64,000 nt of DNA from a phage. The notes beneath the pieces were generated by a model, which was given only the letters and a program-made list of their open reading frames with translations, did not search any database and was not told the origin of the DNA. Below are positions 28,601 to 38,960 of this stretch, in pieces; the stretch's first letter is position 1; the number at the start of each line of letters is the position of its first letter. Both the position numbers and the translations under genes were made by a program. The DNA lies in sequence record PV805632.1; one strand, written 5' to 3'.

Positions 28601-31600
28601 GAACTTCTGCTGTGCATAGTAACGGTCAGCAGGGTTAGTACTATCTGGGTCAGTCATGAATGATTCAACAGTCAGGTTCTTAGTAACGTGTGCATAGTAT
28701 TCCTGTGCACGAGAAAGAGCAGCCGGACTAATAGCAGCTTCAGTAGCGAGTGCAGCAACAATGTTAGTAAAGAGACGCTGCTCCTGCATATTCATAGTGA
28801 AGCCATGAGCCTGAACATCACGGGTTACTTTAGTTGCGTGCTTTTTCGCATCAGAGAACTTACCTTCACGGATTACTTGCTGTACTGGTTCTGAACCAAT
28901 GTAGTTAGTAATCAGCTTATCAAATGTCTGTCCTAACTCTTCCAGACGGGTATTGTCACCATATGCTTTGTTATGGAACAAGGTAGTATCTTTGGCTACA
29001 GCAGCCGTAGGAGCCTGTCCACGCATAACTACTGAAGAGTTAAACAGTAAGCCAGAGAACATATCATCTGCATTAGCAGGTGCTTTCTTGCGACCAAATA
29101 CCAGACGTTTGATTGCTTCATATACTGACTGAACCATGGCTTTCAGTGCAGTGGTCTTCTTCTGCTTACTAATTAATTCACGGTTAGTTAAGCCCCAAGC
29201 CATGTACTCATTCAGTGCAGCAGCTTTAGCCATTGCTGGTTCAATAAAGCCGTTAGACAAGTGACCATTAATGGTATTAAGTGCATCAGCATATGCTTCA
29301 CGTACTGCCGGAGATTCATCCATAACATCCAGATTACGGAACTGGTTCATCAAGTCTTCAATATTCTGGACTGCTTCATTAGGAGTACCCTCATAGTGAG
29401 CCAGTACAGATTCAAAAGTAGAAGCATGTACTAATTCATGAACCAGAGTCTCTAGGGAAGGGGTAACTAAGTAGATGGTTTTATCATCAAAGTTAGTCCA
29501 GCCATACGCATTACCAGCTTCGGCAGCTTCAATATCTTCCGGTGCTGGACGAGTAATGTTCTTCTCAATAGCATAGGCATCCAGTTGAGCAGGAGTACCG
29601 TAAACAACTTTGTAGTCTTTAGCAGCAAGGGATTTCTGTATCTCTTTCAATACTGCTTGCTGTTCTGGAGACATCTCTTTAGCCAGCTTGGTAATAGCAG
29701 TATTAGACAATAGACGTACACCAGACTTAAGTACACGACCAACTTGTTCCATTGCTGGCACTTCTTTAACAGGTGCTTCTTTAGTAGGTACTTCTTTCAC
29801 TGGATCTGCTTTAGCAGCACGTACTGCATCACGACGCTTATTTAATTCAGCATCAAACAGTTCGTTCAGCTTAGCTACTTGCTGGTCTACAGTCAGTCCC
29901 TCAAGAGAAATTTTACCGTTGTTCACATAAGGAGCACCTACAGCAGCCATCTGGTCAACAGTGGTCTGTACCTGGTTCATTACTTTGTGGCGAATATCCA
30001 CACTTAAAGCAATGTTACGCAGGTTACGCTCAATAAGGTTAACACCTGAATTCTTAATCATATCAATCTTATACTGCCTGTCTCCCTCAACGCGACTGAT
30101 ATGAGAAAGCTGTTCAAAATCTAAAGCGGAACGGGCAATGTCATCAATTGTCTTATCTGACAACTTATCAAAGTCTACATTCTTCAAGAACTCAGAGAAG
30201 GATTCATATACAGCCTTGATAGGATTCCCCTGCCAGGAAGTGTATACAGCCTCGTTTGCTTTACGACTTGCATCAGTGATGTCACTAATACCAATGTTCA
30301 TACCATCAAAGATTTTCAGGGTATTCTTCGGAGCACCTTTCATAGTAGAAAGGGTCTGCATCATCATGCCATCACCAGTACCGATGGTCATAAATGGAAT
30401 ACCTGCAACACCTGCTTGTGAAGGAGCATAGATGCTCATTGGCACACGCATACGGTCATCTAAGTTGGTAGCCAGTACTTGGTTAGCAACGTCAGTACTC
30501 TCACTGCCAGCAAGGTAGAAAGTCTGTGAGCCAGTCTCAATCATTGGAGCCAATGGAGATAATGATTCCTGGATTTCATTCAGTTCTTTCTGTGTTAAGA
30601 AATCACCCTTCTTCCAGGTTGGGTCTTTTTCTTTTTCTGCTAGCTTAGCCTGTACTGCTTGCTGGAACATATCCTGCAATACCAGAGACTGAATCTGAGT
30701 AGCCTTCTGCAAGTTCTCAGTAGAGTACATCAGACCTTCACCAACAGTATTACGGATACCGGTACGCATTGGCTCAACGAACAAATGGAGCATGTTCTCT
30801 TGTAAGTTCTTCAGAGCATTACCGGATACGGTAAATTTCTGAGGGTCTAACTTACCAGTCAGAGCACCATCTACTTCCTTAATAAATAACTTACCTTTGC
30901 GCTTAGCTGGAATTTTACCAGTCAGTGCTTCCATAGAAGTAAGGAAGGTATCCAGCATAGCCTGAGCATCTGCCTCAGACGCAGCCTCTTTACCAAACAT
31001 TGCCATAGCCGGGGAAATGCTGGGGTCAGCAGCACGTGCTTGCAGAACGTCGCTGAAACGTTCGTAGATGGTGTCAGTAATTGCACCGACTATATTACCA
31101 GCAATACCACGTGCACCAGCACCATAGATGGTAATGGTCAGGGGGTTTTTAGCGATGCCACGTTTCAGGTCCAGAGTACCATCTTCATTCAGGTTAAAGT
31201 CTTTAATGAACAGGTCCATTAACTTCTGGAGATGATTTATCTGGTTTATAACTGGAACGTTGTTACGGTAAGTAGTACGTAACGCATTCAGTGCTTGTTG
31301 CAGACCATTGGTAGATGCTTCATACAAGTCAACATTATCGTCGATAGAACAATGTTCGTTCATCGTTTTACCAGCACGACCGAAGAACAAACCACCTTTG
31401 GCAGTATTCTTAATCCAGTCTGGGGTGAACTTACCACCAGTCATTAATACCATTGCGTTGATTGGGCCGTTGGTTACACCATCAGCTTCAACGTACAGAG
31501 GGGTAGTAAAATTAGCACGGTCATCACTGTTCAGGTAACGGGCATATTCCATCAGGGCCATGAGAGCTACGAAGGATTTGTTATCACCCAGAGAGGTTTT

Positions 31601-34600
31601 CAGAATATCTACTGCATCAGTAGGTAAATAACCAGACTTATCAAACTCAACCATCATATCAACAGCAGGTTTCAAATTACCTTCCAGAGCTTTGGTCAGA
31701 TTTTCAGACATAGCTTCACGGGACATTTTATGTACCTTGATGCCCAATGCCTGAGCCAGACCTAACTGGAAGTCAGAGAATGCTTGGCTGTTTTCATTAC
31801 TCAAGTCGATAGTGGAGAAGGTTGGCAGAATTGCTTCACGAACCAGTTTACTGGATTGTGGGTTATTCTTACCAAGCATCTGCATACGACCTACACGGGT
31901 CATGTTGTAACCGTAGTGAATGGGGGTATCCAAACCATTCTCTTGTTCTTTTAGCTGATTAATTAAACCGAACAAAGAATCATATGCCATAGATACCGAT
32001 AAGTTCTTACCTTCCAGAGATTTGGCAGTGTTTTCATTCAGCAAATCAGGATTAAGAGAACCAGCACCCATCAGTTCCAGAATGCCGTCTCGGCCTAATG
32101 CTTCATAGAAGTTAACCATCGGCATGTGTACACGGAACTCCGTAGCCTGTTCAGCTTTCAAAGCAGCTTTCTGTTCCGGGGTATTCCTAACAGCAGGGTT
32201 ACGTAACTGAGTTTGAGCCACGGAAGGAATGTCATCACCGAAGTACGTTTTCTCTTCCGGATTTACCAGCACAGCTTCCTCAATTGCTGTAGGGAAATTA
32301 TTAATAGGGTCTTTATCTGCCAACTTATTAATAGTGTACAAACCAATAGTCTTATTAGAATCCGGGTCAATCTCAGACACATCCAGCATAGTCTCAGTAA
32401 CTGCACCCATCTCGATGAGGGAAGACAGAATCTCTGTAGCCATTGCCACTGGAATACCCTTGGTATAACCCAGTGGTGCATTAGGGTTACGGTTTAAACC
32501 CCAGTAGGATTCAATCTTTTGAGCCAGTGAGTTAGTAGCCTCAATCAGAGTCTGGGCATTCTCGAACTCAGCCAGAATACTTTCTGGTAACAGAGATGCA
32601 TCTACACCAGTAATAGCAGCCACGTCTTTCATATCTTTAATGGCAGCATTCTGTGTAGCAGTCAGTCGCCATTGCAGACCAGCAAGTACAGCAGTCTCTA
32701 ACAACTGGTCATTGAACTTAAAGGTATCTCCATCTTTCTCTACGATGTTAAGTAACTTACCACCTACCCAACGGTTAGCCTCAGTACCTTCTGCAAAACG
32801 TTTACCAACATTTTTATTAGCAAGGAACTTAGCCAGTCGTTCAGACAGAGTAGCCTTCAGAGTTTCCCCAAAGTCCATCAAGTCTTGATAGCGTTCTAAC
32901 ACATCACCTGCGAGAACGTTATTTTCTTTTTGAGTGAACGCTTCAAAGCGAGCAGCAGAAGACAGTGCTTGCTTGATATCAGCCAAAGGAGATTCAGAAC
33001 CAATGGTACGGGACTTAGGTTCTTCCGGTAGGGTAAATGCCTTCAGGAACTGGTTCGGTGTCTTCTCATTGTTATAGACAGGGAACACTGCTTCCATTCC
33101 AGAAAGGGGTTTGCCACCCACTGTATAATCTGCTTTCAGCTGAGCCAGTGATACTTCATCCTTCTCCACGTTGTTAGTGTTACGACCAGTGGTATCTACA
33201 CCAACCAGAATCTGTGCATTATTGGCTTCAACGAAAGACTGAACAGTATTGAATTGTTCAGCAGTCAGCTTCTGATTATCAAACAGTTGCAGAGATACAA
33301 ATGGTTGTTCACTGCCTTTATAGAAGGTAGAGCGAATAGCACCTGTATCCAGGGACATATCACGATACCCATCATGCCCAAATACGTCGGACAGGCTGAT
33401 ATGGTCGCCATTAGAACCAACCACAGTACCATCAGCAAACAGCCATGGACTCTCCCTACGATCACCATACTTATTAAGAGTTTCCTGTGAAATAGTATTT
33501 TCTTTCACATAGGCATCTCTTTCAGATTCAGTAGGTTGCTCGATGGTATCCTCATTAGTGGGGGTAGCATCATCTACAACCGGGCTAGTCTTTTCAGACT
33601 TAGGTACTTTCTCTTCCTGTACAGGTGTAACTTCTGGCTGGGAGAATGTATTACGTACATAGTTCATAAAATCATTACGTGCTTGAGAAGGAGAAGACCA
33701 TACTTCCCGTGTGCTACGTAAACTAAAGATTCGACCTTCAGGAGTCATTACGTAAGGTACATTTGTTTTACCGTACTTAAATGAAGTGAGTACATCTGAC
33801 TTACCAGTAACAGTGCTTTCCCCTGGAATGACAATAGTCTTACCACCAGTAGAGGGAACAGCACGAACACCCTCAATATCCTTACCAAGAGAAATATACT
33901 CTTTACCGTTGTAATCAAAGTACTGACCTATCTGCATATAGGTAGCTTGTTGCTTACCAGTAAACTCAGCAGTTTTCATCTCCGGGCCGTTAGGTACAGA
34001 CGTACTTTCAGACTTAGGCTTAGATACTTTCTCTGGTTCTGACTTAGACTCTACAGTGTTAGGAGCAGTTTTATTGTTTACCACTGGTTTAGCTTTAGAC
34101 TGTACAGTAGTAGTGTCCTCTTGCACTGGTGCAGGGGTTTCATCAACCTGATTCACTGGTTCATTAGTCTGTTGGGACTGAGTGGCATTAAGACCACCTT
34201 GACGGAACTCTTTAACTACCTGGGCAGCTGGCTTGTTCAGACGTGAATCCAACGAGGTAACTTTCACATGAGAAACATTAAGCTCCGGGTAAGCCGTAGC
34301 AAGTGCGTTAGCAATATCAGCTACGGTCTTAGCTTCCAGCGCTACTTGCTGGGCAAACTTAACAGACTTGGTATCATAAGGATTAACACCGAGGCCAGTA
34401 CGACTACGTACCCATTCACGCGTAGGCGTGAGAGCCTGATAATGAACAGACTTATTCTTATCCGCATTCCCCGAAATCAGATGCTCATTCAACGCTCCGA
34501 CCTTATTCTGCATGTGCTGGGCGAACTTCATAAAATCGCTCAGATAAGCGGAGGCCAAATCGAAGTTACCAGAGTTATACGCAGAACGAATGCGTTTCGC

Positions 34601-36898
34601 ATGTTGCAACGCAGAGTACTGTCCTTCATTAGAACGAGACTCGTCGGTTTTAATCTGTTTACTAACGATGTCTTGACGACGTAAGCCCAGTTCTTCTGCT
34701 TTAGCATCATACTCACGTGCACCCTGTAACAGAGCAGCAGCTGATTGCAGGGCAGCACGTTGACGATTATTCAGTGTAATCTTACCCTCACTCGCATGCT
34801 TCAGAACCATGTTCACTGAATCTGCATCCAGTACTTCTGGAGACACATCAGCAGCCATAGCAATGTTGTTTGCTTGGGCTTGGTTAGCTTCTTCAGTAGC
34901 TTTCAGCTTACCTGCTTCAGCCTGTTCCTGAATCATAGAATGGATGGCACGGAATGCACGAAGTACTTTAGGGGTATTCTGTATGTTAGCCATCAGACCG
35001 GAGAACTGGTCTACGATTGCAGCAGCAGGGGAACCTTGTTCCAGATTAGCCAGTGCACCTGGGTCACGGTTAATGAAGCTATCCATAGACATGATGTTGT
35101 CATACATCTGGATTGCAGCTTCCATTTGAACGTTAGGGTCTTCAGCAGTATTAACCAGGTCAGCCATCTTCTGAATAGCTTCCACACGGTTAGTGGAACC
35201 AGAAACAGCTTCGCGGATTACTGGGTTAGCTTGCTCCAATTCTACTGGGTCAAACTTCATTGCCTGAGTTAAATCAGCAGCATACTGGGTAGCAGCAGCC
35301 TTCTCTTCTGGAGTGATATCCATTGCATCTACTGCTTCCTGTACAGTTGCTTGTGCTTGCTCTGCCTGAGCAGCAGCTTCCTGTGCAGCAGCATTAACCG
35401 TAGCATCAGCTACAGGGGATGCTTGTTCATTACGCTTAGCAACTTCTTCACCACGTTGAACCAGGATGTTAGTAAGAGGAGATGCAGCTTTTGCTAATGT
35501 TTTACCAACCAGAGAAGCACCAGCCAGAGTAGTACGAAGAGCAGGGCCAGCAGCAGCACCGGCAGCTTTAACAGTTGCACCAGGAGCTTGAGCAACCCCA
35601 GCACTACCGAAGCCATAAAGTGCACCAAGACCAGCTTGCTCACCAACCCCTTTGAGAGTATCTCGGGATGCATCAACATTTTCCTTGATTGCACGGTTCT
35701 GGGCATACTGACCAAAGCCTGACTGAATACCTTCTTCAACTGTTTCACGTAGCATATTGGAACCAGCACCAGCCAGTGAACCTACCTTAAGTGGGTTAAG
35801 TTCAAAGCGAGATACCAGTGGACCGGTAGCAGCAGCAACTGGAGCAGTTAAGCCAGCAGCAAGGATACCTGTTTCAGATGCAGTCTGACGACGTGCTTCA
35901 TCAGGAGATAAACCATCGGCAATATGTTGTTGGTAAACAGGAGACTTACTTGCCAGTTCTGGATGGGACATCTTCATGATTTCAGAAGCAGTCTGTTGGT
36001 ATGCACCACCAGCTTCCATAGCACCGATTGCAATAGCAGGTGCAGCAACACGACCAGTAGACAATGCAACCTGTGCAGGACGTGAACCCAACCCAGCAGC
36101 TAAGGTAATACCCTTAACAGCTTTATCACCACCTACCATTACTTTACCGAGTGCAGATACACCACGGATAAGTGGACCACCGGTAAAGAGGGAACCAACA
36201 CCTTCACTCAGTCCATCTGAGGCAGCCATACCATTATCAAGTGTGTTAGCAACAGAGTCGAAAGCGTCACGACCAATACGAGACAGGGAGGCAACCAAAT
36301 CGCTCTCCCCGTTTTTGATATCCTGTTCATAGAGTTTCTGGTTCTTTTGGGCAGAAATCTGGTTCTGATTCTGAACAACTTTACGGGTAGCATTCAGTGC
36401 ATCAGACTGTAGATTGTGTACACCTTCATTCAACCAATCCATCCCGGAAGCAATGGTTGCCCCGGCATTATCATTGACCAGACCTGCGCCAAGAGCAGCA
36501 ATGCCCCCAAGGGTATTAGCAACACCAAGACCAACACCAGAAAGAGTATCGCCAAATGCTTCTGCGTTAGTACGCTGTTTAGATAAGTCCTGACGTACAG
36601 CATCCGCAGCATTAGCTCGGCTATTAAGAATCTGTAAACCTTGCTCATTACCGTACTTATTAATGATTTCTAATGGGGAGGCTTGAGTGAAATCTGCCTG
36701 AAGTGAACCTGGTTCGAATGCACCGATTCCAAGATTACCTACTCGTCCAGTCTGGAGATTGTAAGCATTCTCTGGGGTTAATTGGAAAGGGTTTTGCCCT
36801 TGTGCAGCTTGCTTCTGAGAGGTTGCAGTAGAGACATCGACTTGCTTAGCATTAGTGATGCTGTCTGCGAAACCTGCCAGACGGTCAAATGTTGACAT
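25637..36898 (-). CDS. giant virion protein consistent with the N4-type virion-encapsidated RNA polymerase (vRNAP)
   Basis: continuous 11.3-kb ORF (3759 aa from the TTG in the track; 3753 aa from ATG 36898 with AGGAAA RBS); size and position in the late operon match the N4 vRNAP; catalytic motifs not verified. Confidence 0.7.
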   Translation of the reverse strand: MSTFDRLAGFADSITNAKQVDVSTATSQKQAAQGQNPFQLTPENAYNLQTGRVGNLGIGAFEPGSLQADFTQASPLEIINKYGNEQGLQILNSRANAADAVRQDLSKQRTNAEAFGDTLSGVGLGVANTLGGIAALGAGLVNDNAGATIASGMDWLNEGVHNLQSDALNATRKVVQNQNQISAQKNQKLYEQDIKNGESDLVASLSRIGRDAFDSVANTLDNGMAASDGLSEGVGSLFTGGPLIRGVSALGKVMVGGDKAVKGITLAAGLGSRPAQVALSTGRVAAPAIAIGAMEAGGAYQQTASEIMKMSHPELASKSPVYQQHIADGLSPDEARRQTASETGILAAGLTAPVAAATGPLVSRFELNPLKVGSLAGAGSNMLRETVEEGIQSGFGQYAQNRAIKENVDASRDTLKGVGEQAGLGALYGFGSAGVAQAPGATVKAAGAAAGPALRTTLAGASLVGKTLAKAASPLTNILVQRGEEVAKRNEQASPVADATVNAAAQEAAAQAEQAQATVQEAVDAMDITPEEKAAATQYAADLTQAMKFDPVELEQANPVIREAVSGSTNRVEAIQKMADLVNTAEDPNVQMEAAIQMYDNIMSMDSFINRDPGALANLEQGSPAAAIVDQFSGLMANIQNTPKVLRAFRAIHSMIQEQAEAGKLKATEEANQAQANNIAMAADVSPEVLDADSVNMVLKHASEGKITLNNRQRAALQSAAALLQGAREYDAKAEELGLRRQDIVSKQIKTDESRSNEGQYSALQHAKRIRSAYNSGNFDLASAYLSDFMKFAQHMQNKVGALNEHLISGNADKNKSVHYQALTPTREWVRSRTGLGVNPYDTKSVKFAQQVALEAKTVADIANALATAYPELNVSHVKVTSLDSRLNKPAAQVVKEFRQGGLNATQSQQTNEPVNQVDETPAPVQEDTTTVQSKAKPVVNNKTAPNTVESKSEPEKVSKPKSESTSVPNGPEMKTAEFTGKQQATYMQIGQYFDYNGKEYISLGKDIEGVRAVPSTGGKTIVIPGESTVTGKSDVLTSFKYGKTNVPYVMTPEGRIFSLRSTREVWSSPSQARNDFMNYVRNTFSQPEVTPVQEEKVPKSEKTSPVVDDATPTNEDTIEQPTESERDAYVKENTISQETLNKYGDRRESPWLFADGTVVGSNGDHISLSDVFGHDGYRDMSLDTGAIRSTFYKGSEQPFVSLQLFDNQKLTAEQFNTVQSFVEANNAQILVGVDTTGRNTNNVEKDEVSLAQLKADYTVGGKPLSGMEAVFPVYNNEKTPNQFLKAFTLPEEPKSRTIGSESPLADIKQALSSAARFEAFTQKENNVLAGDVLERYQDLMDFGETLKATLSERLAKFLANKNVGKRFAEGTEANRWVGGKLLNIVEKDGDTFKFNDQLLETAVLAGLQWRLTATQNAAIKDMKDVAAITGVDASLLPESILAEFENAQTLIEATNSLAQKIESYWGLNRNPNAPLGYTKGIPVAMATEILSSLIEMGAVTETMLDVSEIDPDSNKTIGLYTINKLADKDPINNFPTAIEEAVLVNPEEKTYFGDDIPSVAQTQLRNPAVRNTPEQKAALKAEQATEFRVHMPMVNFYEALGRDGILELMGAGSLNPDLLNENTAKSLEGKNLSVSMAYDSLFGLINQLKEQENGLDTPIHYGYNMTRVGRMQMLGKNNPQSSKLVREAILPTFSTIDLSNENSQAFSDFQLGLAQALGIKVHKMSREAMSENLTKALEGNLKPAVDMMVEFDKSGYLPTDAVDILKTSLGDNKSFVALMALMEYARYLNSDDRANFTTPLYVEADGVTNGPINAMVLMTGGKFTPDWIKNTAKGGLFFGRAGKTMNEHCSIDDNVDLYEASTNGLQQALNALRTTYRNNVPVINQINHLQKLMDLFIKDFNLNEDGTLDLKRGIAKNPLTITIYGAGARGIAGNIVGAITDTIYERFSDVLQARAADPSISPAMAMFGKEAASEADAQAMLDTFLTSMEALTGKIPAKRKGKLFIKEVDGALTGKLDPQKFTVSGNALKNLQENMLHLFVEPMRTGIRNTVGEGLMYSTENLQKATQIQSLVLQDMFQQAVQAKLAEKEKDPTWKKGDFLTQKELNEIQESLSPLAPMIETGSQTFYLAGSESTDVANQVLATNLDDRMRVPMSIYAPSQAGVAGIPFMTIGTGDGMMMQTLSTMKGAPKNTLKIFDGMNIGISDITDASRKANEAVYTSWQGNPIKAVYESFSEFLKNVDFDKLSDKTIDDIARSALDFEQLSHISRVEGDRQYKIDMIKNSGVNLIERNLRNIALSVDIRHKVMNQVQTTVDQMAAVGAPYVNNGKISLEGLTVDQQVAKLNELFDAELNKRRDAVRAAKADPVKEVPTKEAPVKEVPAMEQVGRVLKSGVRLLSNTAITKLAKEMSPEQQAVLKEIQKSLAAKDYKVVYGTPAQLDAYAIEKNITRPAPEDIEAAEAGNAYGWTNFDDKTIYLVTPSLETLVHELVHASTFESVLAHYEGTPNEAVQNIEDLMNQFRNLDVMDESPAVREAYADALNTINGHLSNGFIEPAMAKAAALNEYMAWGLTNRELISKQKKTTALKAMVQSVYEAIKRLVFGRKKAPANADDMFSGLLFNSSVVMRGQAPTAAVAKDTTLFHNKAYGDNTRLEELGQTFDKLITNYIGSEPVQQVIREGKFSDAKKHATKVTRDVQAHGFTMNMQEQRLFTNIVAALATEAAISPAALSRAQEYYAHVTKNLTVESFMTDPDSTNPADRYYAQQKFDTIMGANNIEFDAQGRSSILPTFVGLAMVSEEVRNVLANIPVMKADKKSGNTVDAMLTNIGTAAMASLNARVAGDTKATNVQEGMDALAQTIMQTSLNAQSFYDSVATPSGNAIDRANQYLVDSIDVLSTRVLESAREVAANTKNPLVKGAAHAAQLMAAIATEKNGANVAEGVMVAMNQGKVWQPFHDLVNDLTGRTKSNASVYDLIKAVRAQVQADRQQFREHLPTTIASKFSRKLTKDEWKAMYTGMGKTDLAVLRDTMSLAEIRDLLSDQKIVDREVNKLEADLQKQAGRNWPLINRKSKQLAQYMINGTVGKNLLRNATAISRMLGERKTTRSIVDVAQLDKLITLYALEAMNKSDREMLSSLAQTEVEGMDFATSYLVGQRKDEMAKAKSNMRATLNQYKGYIPSETKQGVSLVVAEDSQFGDLIEKSYVRLSTYQGSSANRGLARSYYFAPVQAQAPFSQGILQNVRNTAGGVDLGTGFTMGSMVAGRITDKPSVDRIAKALARGERGNEPLLPVYNAKGDVVAYEESINPNMLKHIEGENHLARAIGVWRGRQVEEAKAQRFNDMLIENLYSMYKEDIKMSAANKSQYVNLFGSKLDPVTADALKLMNSETRRKAEKLFGEGELWVRRDMLNDALGYRAASIGDAWSGNSRWSPETLNTFKKAILGLAGNRAYKYLMGGENLVQNLVKDAKTLIVVKSVVVPVVNFLANLYQMVARGVPVKSIAKSIPRKTAEINQYLKSRLRQVDAEAELRAATNPNQIRKLKAEIQSITDSHKRMSIWPLIEAGEFSSIADAGIGRDDILITEGKLHEYMEKLADKLPKSVRAAGRYALITKDTALFQGIQKTVEYSDFIAKAIIYDELTQRKGKTREEALGRVTEEFINYDRLPGRFRGYMESVGLMWFYNFKIRSAKVAVSMIRNNPVHAAMAMLAPTPTMFGNVGLPIQDNIFSIAAKGSLDYSWGFGQGLRAHNLNPWINLVN

Positions 36899-36965
36899 AG
36901 CATGTTTCCTGTTCAAACTTATATCGTATATAGGTAACCTACTCTACAGTAAGCCAGTGTAAGAA

Positions 36966-36985
36966 AAAAGCCCCGTAGGGCTTTT
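36966..36985. terminator. hairpin terminator between the 648-aa virion gene and the giant ORF
   Basis: AAAAGCCC-CGTA-GGGCTTTT (8-bp stem). Confidence 0.5.
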
Positions 36986-37001
36986 ATTAGTATGAAGTAT
37001 T

Positions 37002-38948
37002 TTAAGGCATTTTCACATACCCAGGTATGCCTTGGGCTTGGCGTATATACCGTATAGCACGCTCCTGGTTTTCTTTCTCAGCCTCCCGATCTACAGAAGC
37101 CTGTGATCGAAAATTACGTGGAGCCAGGTTTTGAGGGTCAGCCTGAACTTGGCCCTGGGCATTTTTAAGCATTTCAGCAGCTCTACGTACTTGTTCCTGT
37201 CGTGCAGGTAACAGTGCAGTAAGTCCAGTCTGCCCAGTAGCAATCTTATTCTGAGTATTTGTCAGTGCAGCTACAGCAGCATCATATGCAGTCTGTGCTG
37301 CCTGAATATTCTGCATAGCCTGAGCACGACCAAGGTTACGTACACTTGCTTCAAGGGGTTCACCACGTTTTAGCCCCTCAATCATTTGGTCTACCTGACG
37401 GTCATTAAGTCGCAAGCCATTACCGGCTTCTGGGGTTTGTCCTATGGTTAGATAATCAATAAGACGTCCTGTATTACTTTCCGGTACGTTAGTCATTGCA
37501 CGTTGAACAACAACACCTGCCATAGCCGGGGATACATTAGCACGCTGAGCAATATCATTGATACGAGCCACAACCCATTGTTTATCTGCCCCCTTAAAGT
37601 CACCCTCTAGTAATCTGTTAGCAACTTCCCCAACAGTAGAAGTGTCATTTAAGGCAGGTAAATAATCGGGGGCAATACTTCCAGCATTGTCCTCCATAGA
37701 ACGAGTACCAATCATACCGGTAGCCAGAGTAGATACTGCCTGATTGCCCTGAGCCATAGCAAGTGGGTCAGCCCCTACTTCAGCTTGAGCAATAACAGGT
37801 TTCATCTCTTCCCATGTCTTATCCTTATAAGCACCTGGAGTAGCGTTAGGCAGAGCAGCCCAGGTATCTTTAAGGTTACCGTTCTTACGAGCCTCGAAGA
37901 TAGCCCTACCAATCTTATCCTGGTTCTCAGGAGAAAGAGGCTGGCTTTGCCAATCTGAACCAAGAACTTTGGGAGCGAAGTCTAGCAGAGTAGCTTGGTT
38001 AATCTGGAATGCACCAACAGGAGAAGCACCCTGCTTCGTCTTCATACTATCCTGGTGTTTAATTACATCACCAATACTCATTTGAGTAATAGGGGTAGAT
38101 GTACCAGCAAACTGGTAAGTAACATCATAAGGGGAACCCTGACGAGTACCAGCAGTGCCTGGTGCAGACGTAGCACCAACATTGTTACCGTAAACACCTG
38201 GATATGCTCGTGCAAGCATTTCCTGCAAACGTGCCTGTGCAACCGGAGACAGATTCTTACTATAGGATTCTGCCAGAATACGGGCATCGTCAGCATTCTC
38301 AGCACCTCTAGTAATCAGTGCCATTACACCCGTAGCAGCCTGACTATCAGCATCATTACGTTGAGCAACACCCAAATCAAAACGGTTCTGTGCCTGATTA
38401 ATAGCCTGACCACTTTGGCCTTGAAGACGGCTCAGCATGTCCAATTGCTGGTCAGCAGGGAGTGCAGACAATGCATCGCGGGTCTGACTTAATGCAGCAT
38501 TAATACGGTTCTGGTCTCCAGACTGATAAGCCTCAGACAGTAAACGAATAGCTGGGGAAGCATTATCTAATGCAGAGTTAGTATCTTGTAACCGTCCAAG
38601 GTTATAAGAATTGTAGTCATTGGTTCCCTGCTGACCTTGTTGAGTCAGCAATGTACCTGCTCGCTCATCCAGGTTTTGGAGGGTACGCTGGTTTATCAAT
38701 GAACGGTCAACCCCCTGAAATAATGCACCAGATGCCAAAGCATTACGGTACTCAGTAGGGTCTTGGTACTGCATAGCATTCATCATGACGGCATTGCCAG
38801 CCTCCTGCTTGGCAGCGTTCTGGAAATTACCCAGTGCATCACTTAAGCCGGAGGTGGCGTTACCAATCATGCTACCAAATGTGCGAATGCTGTCACCAAC
38901 TCCGGAGAAGTTAGGTGCATCAACATTTCTCCACGTTATCTGAGCCAT
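37002..38948 (-). CDS. virion-associated protein (Q/A/N-rich)
   Basis: 648-aa ORF immediately upstream of the giant ORF; positional call. Confidence 0.45.
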   Translation of the reverse strand: MAQITWRNVDAPNFSGVGDSIRTFGSMIGNATSGLSDALGNFQNAAKQEAGNAVMMNAMQYQDPTEYRNALASGALFQGVDRSLINQRTLQNLDERAGTLLTQQGQQGTNDYNSYNLGRLQDTNSALDNASPAIRLLSEAYQSGDQNRINAALSQTRDALSALPADQQLDMLSRLQGQSGQAINQAQNRFDLGVAQRNDADSQAATGVMALITRGAENADDARILAESYSKNLSPVAQARLQEMLARAYPGVYGNNVGATSAPGTAGTRQGSPYDVTYQFAGTSTPITQMSIGDVIKHQDSMKTKQGASPVGAFQINQATLLDFAPKVLGSDWQSQPLSPENQDKIGRAIFEARKNGNLKDTWAALPNATPGAYKDKTWEEMKPVIAQAEVGADPLAMAQGNQAVSTLATGMIGTRSMEDNAGSIAPDYLPALNDTSTVGEVANRLLEGDFKGADKQWVVARINDIAQRANVSPAMAGVVVQRAMTNVPESNTGRLIDYLTIGQTPEAGNGLRLNDRQVDQMIEGLKRGEPLEASVRNLGRAQAMQNIQAAQTAYDAAVAALTNTQNKIATGQTGLTALLPARQEQVRRAAEMLKNAQGQVQADPQNLAPRNFRSQASVDREAEKENQERAIRYIRQAQGIPGYVKMP

Positions 38949-38960
38949 GATGGTTTCCTA

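Noticed and set aside
26688-36648. Many 60-140-aa ORFs on the plus strand inside the giant ORF (e.g. 28362..28619, 34268..34684, 35976..36332)
   Set aside because: Shadow ORFs antisense to a continuous 11.3-kb coding region, with low-complexity translations.
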